Part shown: piece after piece, positions 51,174 to 63,825 of the stretch
How the letters are laid out: each line of letters begins with the position of its first letter
Numbering within the stretch: position 1 is the stretch's first letter
Source of the DNA: Isurus oxyrinchus
Taxonomy: Eukaryota
Direction: 5' to 3'
Assembly (NCBI GenBank): GCA_026770705.1
Contig: JANJGN010000055.1
Span: 496,001 to 560,000, forward strand
Length of the DNA: 64,000 bases
Position numbers and translations under genes: made by a program
The notes under the pieces: generated by a model
What the model was told of the DNA's origin: nothing
The model's input: the letters and a program-made list of their open reading frames with translations, nothing else
Database searches by the model: none

Positions 51174-51250
51174 CAACAGACTGGGACTTCAAGCCTGGAC
51201 CCTCAGCTTGTATGTCTGATGCGCTGCAGAGCTCTCTAGAGCTACTCGGC
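51174..51250 (-). pseudogene. tRNA-Lys pseudogene
   Basis: GGGACTTCAAGCCTGGACCCTCAGCTTGTATGTCTGATGC matches the Lys-TTT reverse complement GGGACTTGAACCCTGGACCCTCAGATTAAAAGTCTGATGC. Confidence 0.72.
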
Positions 51251-51934
51251 CTCTACTCCCCATCACTGTCGAACAAGAGATATCACAAGCTATTGTTCAA
51301 TTTTCCTGTTAGGTATTTCATCTTCTGCAGCGAATTCCCCTCAGAGGCAGACCGGCAGCCTCCCTTTGGCTTCATTTCACAGTTATTCTAATTGGAACCA
51401 ACTACTCGTTCCTTACCAGCAATGTATGATTTGACAACTCCTGTTGCCCAGGCATCTGCGCTGGACCTTTAAACCTTTGCAGTATTCGTTGGTTTTGGTA
51501 AGATATAATTGGAGTGGGAAGCTACAAAAGGGACAGAGGTAGATTTCTCAAGTGGATTAAAAAAATCATATGGTGCTTGTTGTGGGAACCAGTGACACCG
51601 TCACACTGAAAACCACGAAGCTCATTCGGAGTAACGCTATACATTGTGCAAATCACAAAGTGTCGGGTTGACGAAAGTGTCAACCCAAGGGTCTCATCAA
51701 AAAGGACTGCAACACGTATTCCTCCTCATTCATTCCTGGCGAACATGCAGTGACGCAAAAAATTCAACTCTCGCTCATCATTTTCGCCAGCAATATTTCA
51801 AATTGCTCCTTCCGCTTGAACCTCCCAAGGAAATGGTGATCCTGTTTGGCTTCATTACATCGGCTCCTAATTCCCTACTCTGTTTCAGGACGTCATTGGT
51901 TAAATTTAAAACCATGCATTGACTGAAAGGATAA

Positions 51935-52008
51935 AGGTGCCACTGACATTTAAACAGAGTATCTCATGTGTATTAAAGCAGCGTTTTAAATAACCAAGTC
52001 ACAAGCCC
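51935..52008 (-). pseudogene. tRNA-Thr (AGT-type) pseudogene
   Basis: 74 nt colinear with the Thr-AGT reverse complement (AGGTGCCACTG...ATCTCATGTGTATTA...AAGTCACAAGCCC). Confidence 0.6.
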
Positions 52009-53437
52009 AATACTGACCAGAGTTTACAAAGCAAGTTCTGAATTGCATCCCACTTCTTCGCTGCACATATTATTGTTCATTTGTGCGAATTGAAAACTTT
52101 CACCTGCACGGGGCTTTCAAAACTTTGAAGATTCTATTTCTTCAGGTGAGATATTAAGTTGCAAGCATGAACGTTCTTCCTTTCCAGATTACAGTCCCTT
52201 CTTAATTCTTCCCTTGCAGTTCATTTCACCTCAATCACAGGCGCTGCATTCCAGACCTTAACCTCTTCCTGCGAGAAAAAATAAAGTTTAATTTTTCTTC
52301 GTCTCAGTTTTTTTTTAGCAACTACTTTAAATCTGCAACAGCTCGAACTTGATCCTTTCACGAACGGGAACACTTTCCTCCCATCAAATCTGCTCAGGCC
52401 CCTCGTGATTTTCCATCCTTTTATCAAATCTCCATTCAGCCTTCTTTTCTCCCAGAAAAACAGTCCTCACCTCTACAATCTATCTTCCTAACTGAAGTTC
52501 CTCATCTCAGCAGCCATCTCGTGAATTTGTTCTGCACTCCTTCCAGCGTCCTTAATATCCTTCCTAAATTGTAGCGCCCAGAACCAGACGAGATGCACCA
52601 GCTGAGGCTGAACTCTTAGGGACACTTAGAAATCCTACTTATGTTATTCCCATTACACCATTCTTCGTTTTTTTGTGCCATGTCTGTTGTCCTCATAGAC
52701 AATCGCTTTCGATGTGATTCCATAACCAACACATCGGATCTAAGCTGTGCAGTTCGGTCACTTCCAGTCGTGAAAGGCGGTGGACAATTAAACACTAATT
52801 GGGAACGAGGCCCCGAATATAAATGATGACCTCAGCAGCGAATCTTAAATTCAGGAAGCAATAAAATAAAAAGCTGTCAATGTGTTCCGAGGGTCGCTGC
52901 AGTCCTACCCTGGTGTCCTGTGTCATCCTCAGTTCAAAGCTTCCCATAGTGGACCAAACCTTATTGGTCACCGTCTATTCAGTGAGGTTCATCCCAACAA
53001 CAGTTTCCAGATGGAATGAAAGCGGAGAAAAACATTTGTTTTTACAAAATTTAGTGGTTGATTGAGATGTCTTTAAAACCTTGTGTTTTTTTTTGCTGGA
53101 AAAACGTCTCAAATCCCTTGAGACGTTCGTAGATTGATCCATGGTGTCCCTCATTGTGTAGGTGCACGCAGTGGATGAAGACAGAGAGGAAAAGAAAATG
53201 TTATATCCAGCACGACTTCTGCACTGACCCCAAAGCAGTTTTCATTCATGTAATATGGCAAACCCACTGGTACATTGGGATGAACTGAAAAGGGAGCGAT
53301 ACATAAGCATACCAGTGCACGTTCTTTTCAAAGGGAATTTCGATCCTATTGTGCTTCTTTATGTTCACAATCATTCCATATGCTTCCTCACGACATGAAA
53401 ATGTTCAGCTCTTTGCCTGATTAATTTTAAATAAATA

Positions 53438-53525
53438 ACAGCACCATTGACATCTGAACTCAGGATCGTCTGCAAGACTATATGTAAGACATGACCCACT
53501 CTACCACACTGCTAAGTCACAACAG
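53438..53525 (-). pseudogene. Heavily decayed tRNA-Thr-like relic (similar relics near 50222-50303, 31203-31290 and possibly 7960-8030)
   Basis: AGCACCATTGACATCTGAACTCAGGATCGTCTG...CTAAGTCACAAC resembles both ends of Thr-AGT. The flank is homologous to the flank of the 55102-55175 copy. Confidence 0.45.
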
Positions 53526-54383
53526 TTATGTTTTGAACCGTATTTCACTATTTTGCTGTAAGTTCATTGAGAATTCTTCATCTGTTACGGGGCTGTAGGG
53601 CAGCGCGAAATAAGATTTTTGAGGAAGGAGCAATTGAGGTGGACATTCAACCAAGAAGTTCTAGACGGTTTGTGAAGCCGTGAGACACATGACACACCTG
53701 CCCCTATTTCTCATGTTGTTGCAGACACTGCTCAGAAGATACATCAGGATTATGCTAAGCTAGGAAAGGAAGCAGCACTGTTTGACCAGTCGGCTCTGGA
53801 GTTCAGCAGGTTACACCTGGAGTTAAATTTCATCATCCACGATTCGTATTAGCATTCAATGGGGTCAGCCGATAAATAGGCTATTTGGCCCATCCTGTCT
53901 GTGCTGGCTCGTTGAAGGAGAAATTTGCCTCAATCAATCCACCGGCCATCTCCCCGATCCTTACGAAATCGTCAGTTTTATTTTCAGGGATTAGATGTTT
54001 TTTCTCTTTTCTTCATTATAGAAGAATGATCTGATCGAGGCTTCTACCCTGTTAAAGTGAATTGTTAGTTTAAACACAGAGAAGCCATTTCACCCGGCAG
54101 GAAGAATGGGGTTGAATGTTGACTTTTGTTTTGGTCACAGTTCCACAGCGCAGGTGCCAGCCAAGCAAGAGGAATGTCAGGAAACATTCTTCACATAAGG
54201 AGTACCTGGAAACCCAGGAAGGAATTTAAATTGATCGAGGCTACCACAATTCCAAGTCAGTGGATCCTTTGTTGGAAATCAAAGTAACGCCACCAGTTCC
54301 TCAGCTCCCCGTGAAGAATTCAGCGTCCAAGGCTGTCTCTTTGGTCGTTTCACCGGCCGTGAACATCTTAAGCCGAAAGTGAA

Positions 54384-54456
54384 CAGCCAGACATGGACTT
54401 ATCACCTGAACACTCAGATTAAAATTCTGGTGCCCTAACGAAAGAGCTGCCCAGTG
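54384..54456 (-). pseudogene. tRNA-Lys (TTT) pseudogene
   Basis: CTCAGATTAAAATTCTGGTGCCCTAACGAAAGAGCT retains the TTT anticodon loop. The T arm is decayed. Confidence 0.7.
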
Positions 54457-55101
54457 AGAGCAGCCATCACTACTTAAAAAGAGGCGTCACAAGCTTTTTA
54501 TGCATTCCCTTGTGAGGTGACTCATCTTCTGCAGCTCCTTTTTCCTCACAAGCAGACCAGCAGACTCCCTTTGTCTTCATTTTACAATTATTCTAATTTG
54601 CACCTACTACTCACTCCTGACACATGGCGTGTGACCTCGCAACTGTTGTGAGCCAGTTATCTGCACTGGGCATTTAAAGCTTTGAAGATTGCATTGGTTT
54701 CGGGAAGATATAATTGGAGTCGGAAGCTGAAAACTGAATAAACAATTTCTAACGGTGTTTGTAGGGGGAACGTGTGATGACATCACATTGAAAAAACAAA
54801 GCTTCTAAATAGTCCAAATCACAAATTGTAGGGATGGAAATAGATCTGCCAGCCCAAGGACTTCATCAAAAAAGCACCAACATTTATCTCTCCCCGTTTG
54901 TTCCTTCCTAAAGCGCAGTAACATAAATCATTCAAACTTTGCCCACAGTTATCACCGGCAATATTTTAAAATGTTCTTCCCGCATGACTTCCCAAGGAAA
55001 CAATGATCCTATCCGGCTTCATTATATAGTCGCCTAATTATCAATGCTGCCTCTGGACGTCAATGGTTTTATTTAATTACATGCATCGACTTAATCGATG
55101 A

Positions 55102-55175
55102 AGACACATCTGACAATGAAAAGCAGAATCGCTTTTACATTAAACAAGCGCTTTAACCAACTAAGTCACAACGCC
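55102..55175 (-). pseudogene. tRNA-Thr (AGT-type) pseudogene
   Basis: 74 nt. GCGCTTTAACCAACTAAGTCACAACGCC nearly matches the Thr-AGT reverse complement GCGCTTTAACCAACTAAGCCACGGCGCC. Confidence 0.72.
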
Positions 55176-55717
55176 AACACTGACTAGAGCTTTGCAATGT
55201 AAACTTCAAAATTATATCCCACTACTTTGCTGCAAACATTATTGTTCATCTCTTATTGGGCTGTATGAAAAGTTCGAATTGAGAACGTTCATCTGCACAG
55301 GGCTTTCAAAGCTTTGAAGATTCGATTTCTTTCGGTGAGATATTAAGTCAGATAAATTCCAGTGAGAGGTACAAAGGGAGAGGGATTGATTTTGCGAATT
55401 GAGAAACTGCTTCACATAGTGCCTGTTGTGGGAATGTGAAGTCCTGGCAGGTCCCGGAGATGCTGTTGCTTTATTGTAGGTCAGATAGCAGACTCACCCT
55501 CCGTTAATTGAAGATCAACCTCATTTCTGGACTCAAACACAGATCACTGGTTCTAGGTCTTTCCTTCCGACCATGGATTGGTCGACATGTGACTCCAGGC
55601 ACAGAGCTCTAAACTGTCCCCCTGAATTGGTCTAGCAAAGCACTGGGTCTTATTAAAATCGCAGTTGCAAAGAGCAATTAGGGGCTGAGGAAATGCTGGT
55701 CTCAGCAGTCACAGATC

Positions 55718-55763
55718 ACAGCCCTTCCCTTTTGTTCTTTTTGTGGCTCTGAAAAGAGCCATT
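55718..55763 (-). terminator. Histone mRNA 3' stem-loop plus histone downstream element (U7 site)
   Basis: The minus strand has AAT-GGCTCT-TTTC-AGAGCC-AC (hairpin 55760-55745) 28 nt after the H3 stop, followed by purine-rich GAAGGGCTGT at 55727-55718. Confidence 0.88.
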
Positions 55764-55788
55764 GTTAGATATAGTGCTGAAAGCAGTT

Positions 55789-55875
55789 TTAGGGTCGCTC
55801 CCCGCGGATGCGGCGGGACAGCTGGATATCTTTCGGCAAGATGGTGACCCGCTTTAAGCGGATGGAGCGCAGGTT
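55789..55875 (-). pseudogene. 5'-truncated replication-dependent histone H3 fragment (last 28 codons)
   Basis: The minus strand reads NLRSIRLKRVTILPKDIQLSRRIRGERP*, against H3 [28 protein letters not shown]. Similarity stops abruptly upstream of 55875. Confidence 0.9.
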
Positions 55876-57215
55876 TTACACAGGAGTACTTTTTTCCTGT
55901 GCAAGCCCTTTTATAAAAATTCCTATCTTTCCAGTAAATATTTGGAATTTATATACAATACTGCTAACCTCTGATGCTGCTCCTGCGACCCCTCTCCTCT
56001 CCCGCCACATAAAACCAGGGAACTAAATGACAGCATCCATCATTTGTTCTATGTGCTGCGGGTGTAATTTATTAAAATGACATCTCATAGCACCAGCCCA
56101 GTTGTGGGATGGTTTTAGCGCTGAATACTGTGATGAAACATTTATCAGTCCATTACTTATTGACTTCTGAGAATGTTCAATTTATAGAACAATCCAGGTT
56201 TTCCCTTAAGTGGACTTTTATAGATAAAATTACCATGTCCCTGCGAGCTAACTGGGAATGGCTTAATCTGCACAGTGATAGTGCAAGTAAATGTTGAGCC
56301 TCATGCCAGGATCAGTAGCCATGGAAATTAAGCCGGGAGCATGATGGGTGGCTGTTTTGGTGGTTCCGGAAAGTAACATATGTGACAACCACGTGGCAGA
56401 GCCAGAATGCTACTCCATTGTACTCAGTGTCTCATCATAGGACTGTCCCCTCATCCTGAGGACCAATCAGTGAAGATTCGCTGTGCCGCCTCCAAATCAC
56501 TAGTATCCTTCCTTAAAGATGAAGATCGAAACTGCAAATAATATTAAAGAAATGATGTCACCAAAGCCCTTTGTTTTTTTAGCAAGACTTATTAATTCTT
56601 GAACTGAGATCCCCTTACAATACAGTCTAAAATGTACTGTCTTCAAATAAACAAAATGTGTGTCTAAGTGAGGTTATGAAAAGTGGCATAGAAGTCGTCC
56701 AAAGGCAACATGAAGGAACAATTAAGTAAAGGAGACCGAACACAGCCCGCAAAGTAAATAAACAAGAAAGAAGATAAAGAAGGATATTAAGAACTAAAAT
56801 TGATGAACTCATTTTTGGGTTCAGTGGCTGAAGCGTCCTGAGTCAGAAGATGAACCACTTTTCCATAAGCTTTGATTTTGGTGAGGCCATTTATTCCCCA
56901 GGTTCTGTTCTATTATTTCTATTGTTTCCTAATTTCAATGTTGAAATCTGTCCATTTGTTGTACCTGTGTTCCTTATTCCCAAATTCCAAGCAAGCGGAA
57001 ATAGTTTCCTCAACTGACCATATCCGCACCAGAGGTCCTAGTACATAAATCATTAAAGTAGCTTGCATACAAGGTCCAGCAAGTGATTAGGAAGGCAAAT
57101 TAAATGGTGGCTTTTATTGAGGGAGAATGGAAGTTTTAGTGCAGCTGCACAGAAGATTAGTGAGCAAACATCTGGAAAACTGTGTACAGTGTTGGCCACC
57201 ATATTTTTAAAATAT

Positions 57216-58126
57216 CGTCATGAAACGATAATATTTTTCGTAATATTATTGTTGGCTTATATGTGTGAATGTGGATGTTCCTGCCTAAGTGAATGAAGTA
57301 ATTGAATTAGAGTCAGATAGACTGCAGGTTTGAAATTGTCGAAATAAAATAAGAGCAGGAAGACATCTAAATATGGATGAGGAGCAGGGTGTGAAGGAAA
57401 TTTGCATTTTCAGATAAGTGGAAGGTGGTTGGGTATCAAATGGATAGTAGCATTTTTGCAACTAACAAGATAAACAGGGCAAGGTTATTATGTTTATTTT
57501 TCCTAAAAGGAAACGGACTTTATTGACTTTCTGAATGATTTTTACAAAACGAGAAAATTAAACTTTCTAAGTCCTGTAGAACAATGGAATTTAGAGATTA
57601 GAATGAGAGGAACGTATAAAAAACGGATGAAAGACTGTATAGAGAGCGTTGCCATGTCACATTGAAAGGTACACTATGTGAAGCAGTCCTTGGGAAACAG
57701 CCTCTTTAGCAGACGTTTGCTACTTATACAAATATAAGGAGTTGCGTTGCAAGGCTTTGGTAATCCAATGCCGAGTACTTGGTGTGGTATCTTTGCATCA
57801 TTGATTTTGTAGTTTCAAATCTATTTTAGGCTGCTACCTTATAGGGGGAGTGGAGTTGGCAACCTGTTTAACTAAGAATTTTGGGAAATGCTACACTTAA
57901 ATAACCGTGTAACTCTAATATTGTGTGTATTTATCTTTTTTTTTCCTTCTGTTAATAAATGTTTTACGATAATTAAAAATCCCTTAAGGTGTTATTGGAT
58001 TCATAGCCTCGGAGTTCAGTGCAAAAGCCTTCTCGGAATAAATACAAATTGCCTGAACTTTTGTGATAAATGGCTAAGTTTCCCTTGTGCATTTGGCCCA
58101 CCTGGCATAAATCACCTGTCATACCA
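57216..58126 (+). mobile_element. Solo LTR, duplicated copy of 1403-2312
   Basis: Same termini (CGTCATGA...TCATACCA), same CR1 insertion site and colinear internal sequence. Confidence 0.65.
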
Positions 58127-59094
58127 AATGCATAAGAAGCATTGCAGAGAAAGGTCAGTCAATTCTTTCCGAGGATGACGGGTTTCACTTATCAAGGCGG
58201 TTTGGTCCTGTTTCCATTGGAGTTGAGAAGAAAGCGAGGAGACCTTCCTGAATCATACCCGGTCCCGAAGGGACATGATCGGATGGAGTCGAGAAGTAGG
58301 GGACAGTGTAGAAAAAGGAGAGGTCTCCATTTTAAGAGGAAATACGAGGTTTTTTTACTCCTCGTAGAGCGGCGTTCTGTGTAATTTTACTTTTTGCTGT
58401 CTCCATGAACACTTTCTTTCACCCAAGGCCCGGAAATTAGGCGTTTGCATTGCGTGGATGTCCTGAATGTTCATGACACGCAAAAGGCTCTTTCTCACTT
58501 GACAAACATTTTCTTCCACCTGCTGTGATGGGAATTGAAATTCACTGGTAAATATGATCAAACGGTTTATGTTTTTTTTTGTAAAATGCACTTTTTTTAC
58601 TTCAGCGAACATTGCAAATACAATTTAACCGACCAGTTCACATGTTGATGTCCTTTTCGCTTTGTTTGATGTATTTCATGACTCTGCTGGGTGCTCTATT
58701 ACATGCATCCAGCACTGCCTGTCTTAAAAAAATAATCACCACAATCATATTGCTCATTTTCCACCCCAGGTCGGTATGATTTATTTTTCATTTATGGGAT
58801 GTGAGCGTCGCTGGCTAGGCCAGCATCTACAGCTGCTCCTAAATTACGCTAGAGAACTTGGTGATGTGCTGCCTTCTTGAACTGCTAAAGTCCATGTGGT
58901 GTAGGTGCACTCAGAGTGCAGTGAGAGATGGAGTTGCAGGATGTTCACATCGGCATCTTTCTCTTTCTTCTGGACAATATTTATTGTAAGGGACCTGAAC
59001 AAAATGAATAATTGTCAGTATGGAGTCCCTATCCGAAAGAGGAAATGCATCCGGTAGAGATGACAGAACACGCGTTCACTAGCCTCATGCGAAA

Positions 59095-60250
59095 GCAAGA
59101 CTCAGCATGGTTTTTCGAAAGGGAAATCATGTTTAACCAAGTTATTAGAGGTTTTCGAAGGATAAGCATGTGTTATGGATGAAGAGGAGCACGTATGCTT
59201 AATATACTTCGATTTTCAAAAGGCCTTAGACAAGCTGCCACATCGAAGGTTATTGCAGAAAATAAATGTTCATGGTATAGGGTTAAGATATTGGCATGGA
59301 GAGAAGGCTGGCTGGCTGACAGAAAACAGAGAGTATGCATATGTGGGTCTTTGTCTGATTGGCAGGAAATACGACTGGATAGGGATAGGTGCTGGGATCA
59401 TGATTTTTTACAATTTATATCAATCGCTTAGATGAGGAGAGTTAAGTCATGATAGATAATTTTTCAGTTGGCACAGATAAAGTTGGGAAAGTTCTGAAGG
59501 TTGCAAAAGGAACATGCAAATAGAAATATATGGATTGAGTTTTTGGGCAAAAACCTACAGATGGATAATTATTTTGGAACATATGAAGTTGTTCATTTTG
59601 GTAGGGAAAATAATAATAATAAGAAACAAATTATTAATTACACAGAGAACGACTGCAGAGTTCCAAGCTGCAGGTGGATCTAGGTGCCTTGGTTCATGAG
59701 TCACAAAACGTTATTATGCAGGTACAGCACGTAATGTAGAAGTCGAATGCAATGCTATCCTTTATTTCTAGACGAATTGGAGACAAAAGAAAGGCTGTTA
59801 AGCTTCAGTAATACAGGGTAATCATGAATCCAAATCTGGAGTACTGTATGCCTTTTTTTCCCTTTACTTTAGGAAGGATGTAAGTGAGTTTGAGGCGGTT
59901 CAGAGCGGGTTTACTGTGTTGATACCTGGAATGAGCGGGTGCCTTATGAGTATTGGTCGGACAGACTGGGTGTGTTCCTTGTAGGACAGTGGAAATGAGA
60001 TGTTTTTTTTTCTCTCAGGTGACTATGCGACTTCAGAACATTCGGCCTCAGAAAGCAATGGAGGTGCTGTCATTTAAAATTTAAAAAAATACAGGTAAAT
60101 AAATTCTTGTAAGGCAAAAGATTCAAAGGCTTTCGGCGCAGATGGGAATGTGGAATGCGAAATACAAACATATCATCCACGATCTTGGTGAACGGAGGAA
60201 CAGCCTCGAAGATCCATTTGATTTACTTCTGCTCCTATTTCCTATGTTCG
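59095..60250 (+). mobile_element. CR1 LINE, duplicated copy of 4080-5350
   Basis: YFDFQKALDKLPHRRLLQKINVHGI, colinear with the 4 kb copy. Confidence 0.9.
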
Positions 60251-61916
60251 CAGCAAATGTAGATATTGGAAATCTGAAGTAACAACAGAAATTCCTGTTA
60301 TGCTCTCCAGACACTACTGCTTCCTGGGAGAGAGAAAATCTCAATCTTTCAGCTCTGTAAACCAAAGGTGTTGTCTGAGCTGCTGAGTGAAGCCAGCATT
60401 TTCTAAAGGCTGAAAGTCCTATGTTTTAATTATAGCTTGGTCCCTAGATTCATTTCAATATTCAAAGCAGAGATTCAGCAAGATTACTGTATACTCTCTG
60501 GATCTTAGTGTAATCAGTGATGAGGAGAAACCTATTCAACAAATGTTTATGTATCTTTGAAGTCCCCTAACACAGGGGATTGGGAGAGCTCAAAATATTT
60601 AAACCTGTGATCAATATATTATTGAATACTGAGGGGATAAGAGGATATGAGAATAGCCCTGCGCCTATCCATCAGTCTGATGGGAAAATGAAAATGTTGC
60701 ACATAGAGATCAAAGAGAGGGAAACAGAGAGACAAACAGACAGACATTCAAAAGGTAGAGAATGACGGGCAGAGACATGCATCGCAATATTTTTGCTTCA
60801 TTAGTTGGACATGGCAAAGAGAAAGACTTCCAGAGAAACAGTGACACGCTCAGAAAATAGTTCAGGAAGTAAGACGCACACATAATAAAACACGTTTAAA
60901 GTGGAGATAGATTTCAATACGAGGAAGTAAGCAATGTTATTACGAACTTTTGGAGGACCAATATGGAAAGTCGCTACACTGTAAAAGCGAGGTTTTTGTA
61001 AAGTGTGGATGGGCAGTGAGACATTTCCCTCCATATACACAACGCTCATAATGTAGCTCAATAAGCATATTGAATATTTTGGTTTCTAAATGGAGAAAGA
61101 GCATGTTAAGCCACCGGGGTCATGCTAGAACTTGAAGTCCTGCATTTACACATTCGTAAGCAATCTTGTTAGTTTTGTTCACCACTCTGCAGCAAGGCAT
61201 CAGAAAGGGGCTCGAGAACGTTCACTGGGGCGTTTCAAAGGATGAAATTGTTATATTATGAGGTGTTGTTGGACAACCCCGGGTTGTTATACTTTGGACA
61301 AAACATTTTGAAAAATCACCAAATAGTGGTTTTCCACATCATGCGAGATTTGGGGAGGGTAAACAAGGAAAAAATCCCCTCTGTGTGTACATCAATAACT
61401 AAAGGTCATGGATTCAAATTCGTTGACCAAAGTTATGCAGATGACGGGAGCCGAGACATTTCCATTCGGAGTTGGTGGGATCTGGAAGGCTTGACATGAA
61501 TAGGTGTCAGAAGATATTTTCGTGAATAATTTTAGATAGAAATTGTAAAAGCCTTTGCAGACGAGCATCTTAGAAAACCACAATAAACAAGAATAACGCG
61601 GGAGCAATTAACAAAAACAACGCACACATGCACAAATACAAGCGCAGGGAAAATTTGCCTGCACATACCGTTGGGCACATCTAATTAAGCTTAAAGTGAC
61701 ATCGACAATGTGAGAGAGGGAGAAAAAGAAGGGTGGCATTAATTTAGCTGATATTTGTGGTATTCATGACAGAAAATTCGTGAGCAAACGGAGATGAATA
61801 AGAATGAGGAAAGCGACTTCTGTTGTTGAAAAGTTTGCGATATGATACCGCATAAGGCAGAACTCATCTCTAAGGAAATTGGTCAAATTTTGAAACTGAA
61901 CGAAGAACAGAATTTG

Positions 61917-61994
61917 CGTAGTCGCAAGGATTTGAATCTGCTCGAAGGCACCCTAATGCATGTGTATTTGCTTTCCGCACTCGGCCACAACTAC
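61917..61994 (-). pseudogene. tRNA-Ser pseudogene, paralog of 7024-7105, more decayed
   Basis: The plus strand reads CGTAGTCGCAAGGATTTGAATCTG...CACTCGGCCACAACTAC. The anticodon arm is destroyed and the flanks match the 7 kb copy. Confidence 0.75.
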
Positions 61995-63590
61995 GCAGTT
62001 TAGCAGTATATAAACCAGACTGATCACCGTCCAAAACAATTCTCATTAATTGTCTCTCTTTCGTATGATTTTGACTTCTTCTGCTGAAAATAAATGCGTG
62101 TCATCCTTCTGCTGGTTGCAGAGCTGTATTTTCGATTTGTCCTCTGAACTTGTTTTGATGCAGAAATATTTTTTCTGTCTGTTTCTTTCCTTTTCCCAAT
62201 GATTCCTAAATATATTTACACACAACGCAGATATTCACAAATACTTTGAGAGATAAAACAGTCACACACACACATTCATTCAGAACGAGCACACCGATAA
62301 ACATAACAACCAATTTCAAACATCACAATGTTAATGATAAATATTCGGACATTCAGAACCTGCTGTAACTCAACTCGGAGGTGTCGCAATAGCTGCCTTA
62401 AAGGTGCAACAGCAAATGAATATTTTGTTGACAGAAACACAGAGATAATCTAATTATATTCTACTATCATGTTCCGTGTTCTTTCTGCAATTTAGTTTTG
62501 AGGAACTACCAGGAATAGCGATTGTGGATTCGATAGGATGGATCGAAAGGAACTGCTCCCTTGGACTTTGTGTGTACACAGAACACAGGAGACAGAATGG
62601 CAAGACATTGGACAGTAAATGCAGAGCCAGTCAGTAAGTATATGAGAGTACACAAGGAATATATATTTCAGGTACCATTTGTGAAATGAGTGTATTTTCT
62701 AGGTGGTGAGAAACAAGGGGCTGTGGAAAAGCAAATTGGTTTCGATCTCCAGGACGAGGGCTCACAAACAGCTAGTATGCATGCACAAATAACACCATCT
62801 TTAATCTCCATTTCAAGATTTTCATATCCGAGTTAACAATCCTTACAATCAATGTTTAGACAGCTGACCTGAGTTTGTAGCTTAAATTAGAAAACAGATC
62901 CATGCAACTAACGGAGAGGCTTAAAGCATGCTGTTTTCCATATTGTTTGCCAATATTTTGCAATGTGCATAGTTGTTCACCTCTTCTATGGCGTGAAACT
63001 TTGGGAATTCTTTATCTGTGATTGTGATGTAGGACGGGGGGAAATGAGAATTTTCACGAAGCTGCAATTGTGGAAAAAAGGTTCAGCTGGAATGGTCGTG
63101 AAGCCTTTAAATTCATGAGGCACAAATTTCTCTTTCTCGTGTTCTTGTAGATAACACTTGAAGGAATCACCCTATTGGCACCAGAATGCAAAAAAAAAAC
63201 GGCTGATTCACCAATGGGATTTCGGATTGCAATCGTTTACTTTACGAATTTAGTTTTGATAATCGTAGAAAGGTATCATCATATAATGGATACAGCACAA
63301 AATGAAACCATTCGTCCTGTCCTGTCTGTTCTGTTTCTCTTATGGAGAAATGCAACCATTGTCAATCCCCCGCCTTCTCCCGTGCATTTTTCTTCTTTTC
63401 AGGTCTTTTGCCTGTTTCTAGTCTCTTTAGAAATAAAATGAAGGGTGATCTAATCGAATTTTCTATTCCATTTAAACCACGTGTTAGGTTATAAAGGGAG
63501 AAATCGCTTTCCCTGGAGGAAAAAATGGGACTGATTCAAGTCATGTTGTTGACACTGATGCAGAGAGATGAGGTCTAAGCCAACAAAGAT

Positions 63591-63613
63591 TAATAAATAA
63601 ATAAATAAATAAA
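63591..63613. repeat. (TAAA)n microsatellite
   Basis: TAATAAATAAATAAATAAATAAA. Confidence 0.8.
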
Positions 63614-63825
63614 ACAGGAAGCATTTTTCACAGTTAGGGCAGCTGGAAATTTAGGAAGAATTTTAAAAAGTTGATCGAATCCACAATAAATTCTAGAAGA
63701 CACTATGTTTTTGCCAATCGAATAGACATATCTGCCTCTTCTGCTCGCTTGAAGAACTGAGCATCCCTGACTCCTTTATTTCCTGTTGCTTTACAGGGGG
63801 GAAAACACCTCAAGTCAAAATGTAG

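Larger units (their letters stand above)
50100..55350 (+). repeat. Tandem tRNA cassettes: about 50100-52170 matches 53320-55350; related blocks at 29960-31790, 7950-9450 and 62850-64000
   Basis: Shared anchors GAATTGAGAATT, GATACACCTGCTCC.TTTCTCA, CCTCCCTTTGGCTTCATTTCACA and GGGCTTTCAAA.CTTTGAAGATTC. Confidence 0.88.

Noticed and set aside
55796-55869. 74-nt GC-rich cloverleaf-like fold suggesting a novel tRNA-like RNA
   Set aside because: It has no A or B boxes or proper anticodon loop. It is the antisense strand of the H3 C-terminal codons.
118-63441. The many 60-145 aa ORFs in the supplied track as genes
   Set aside because: Many start at non-ATG codons, lack domains or splice support, are not kept intact between duplicates, or are fragments or antisense readings of LINEs.
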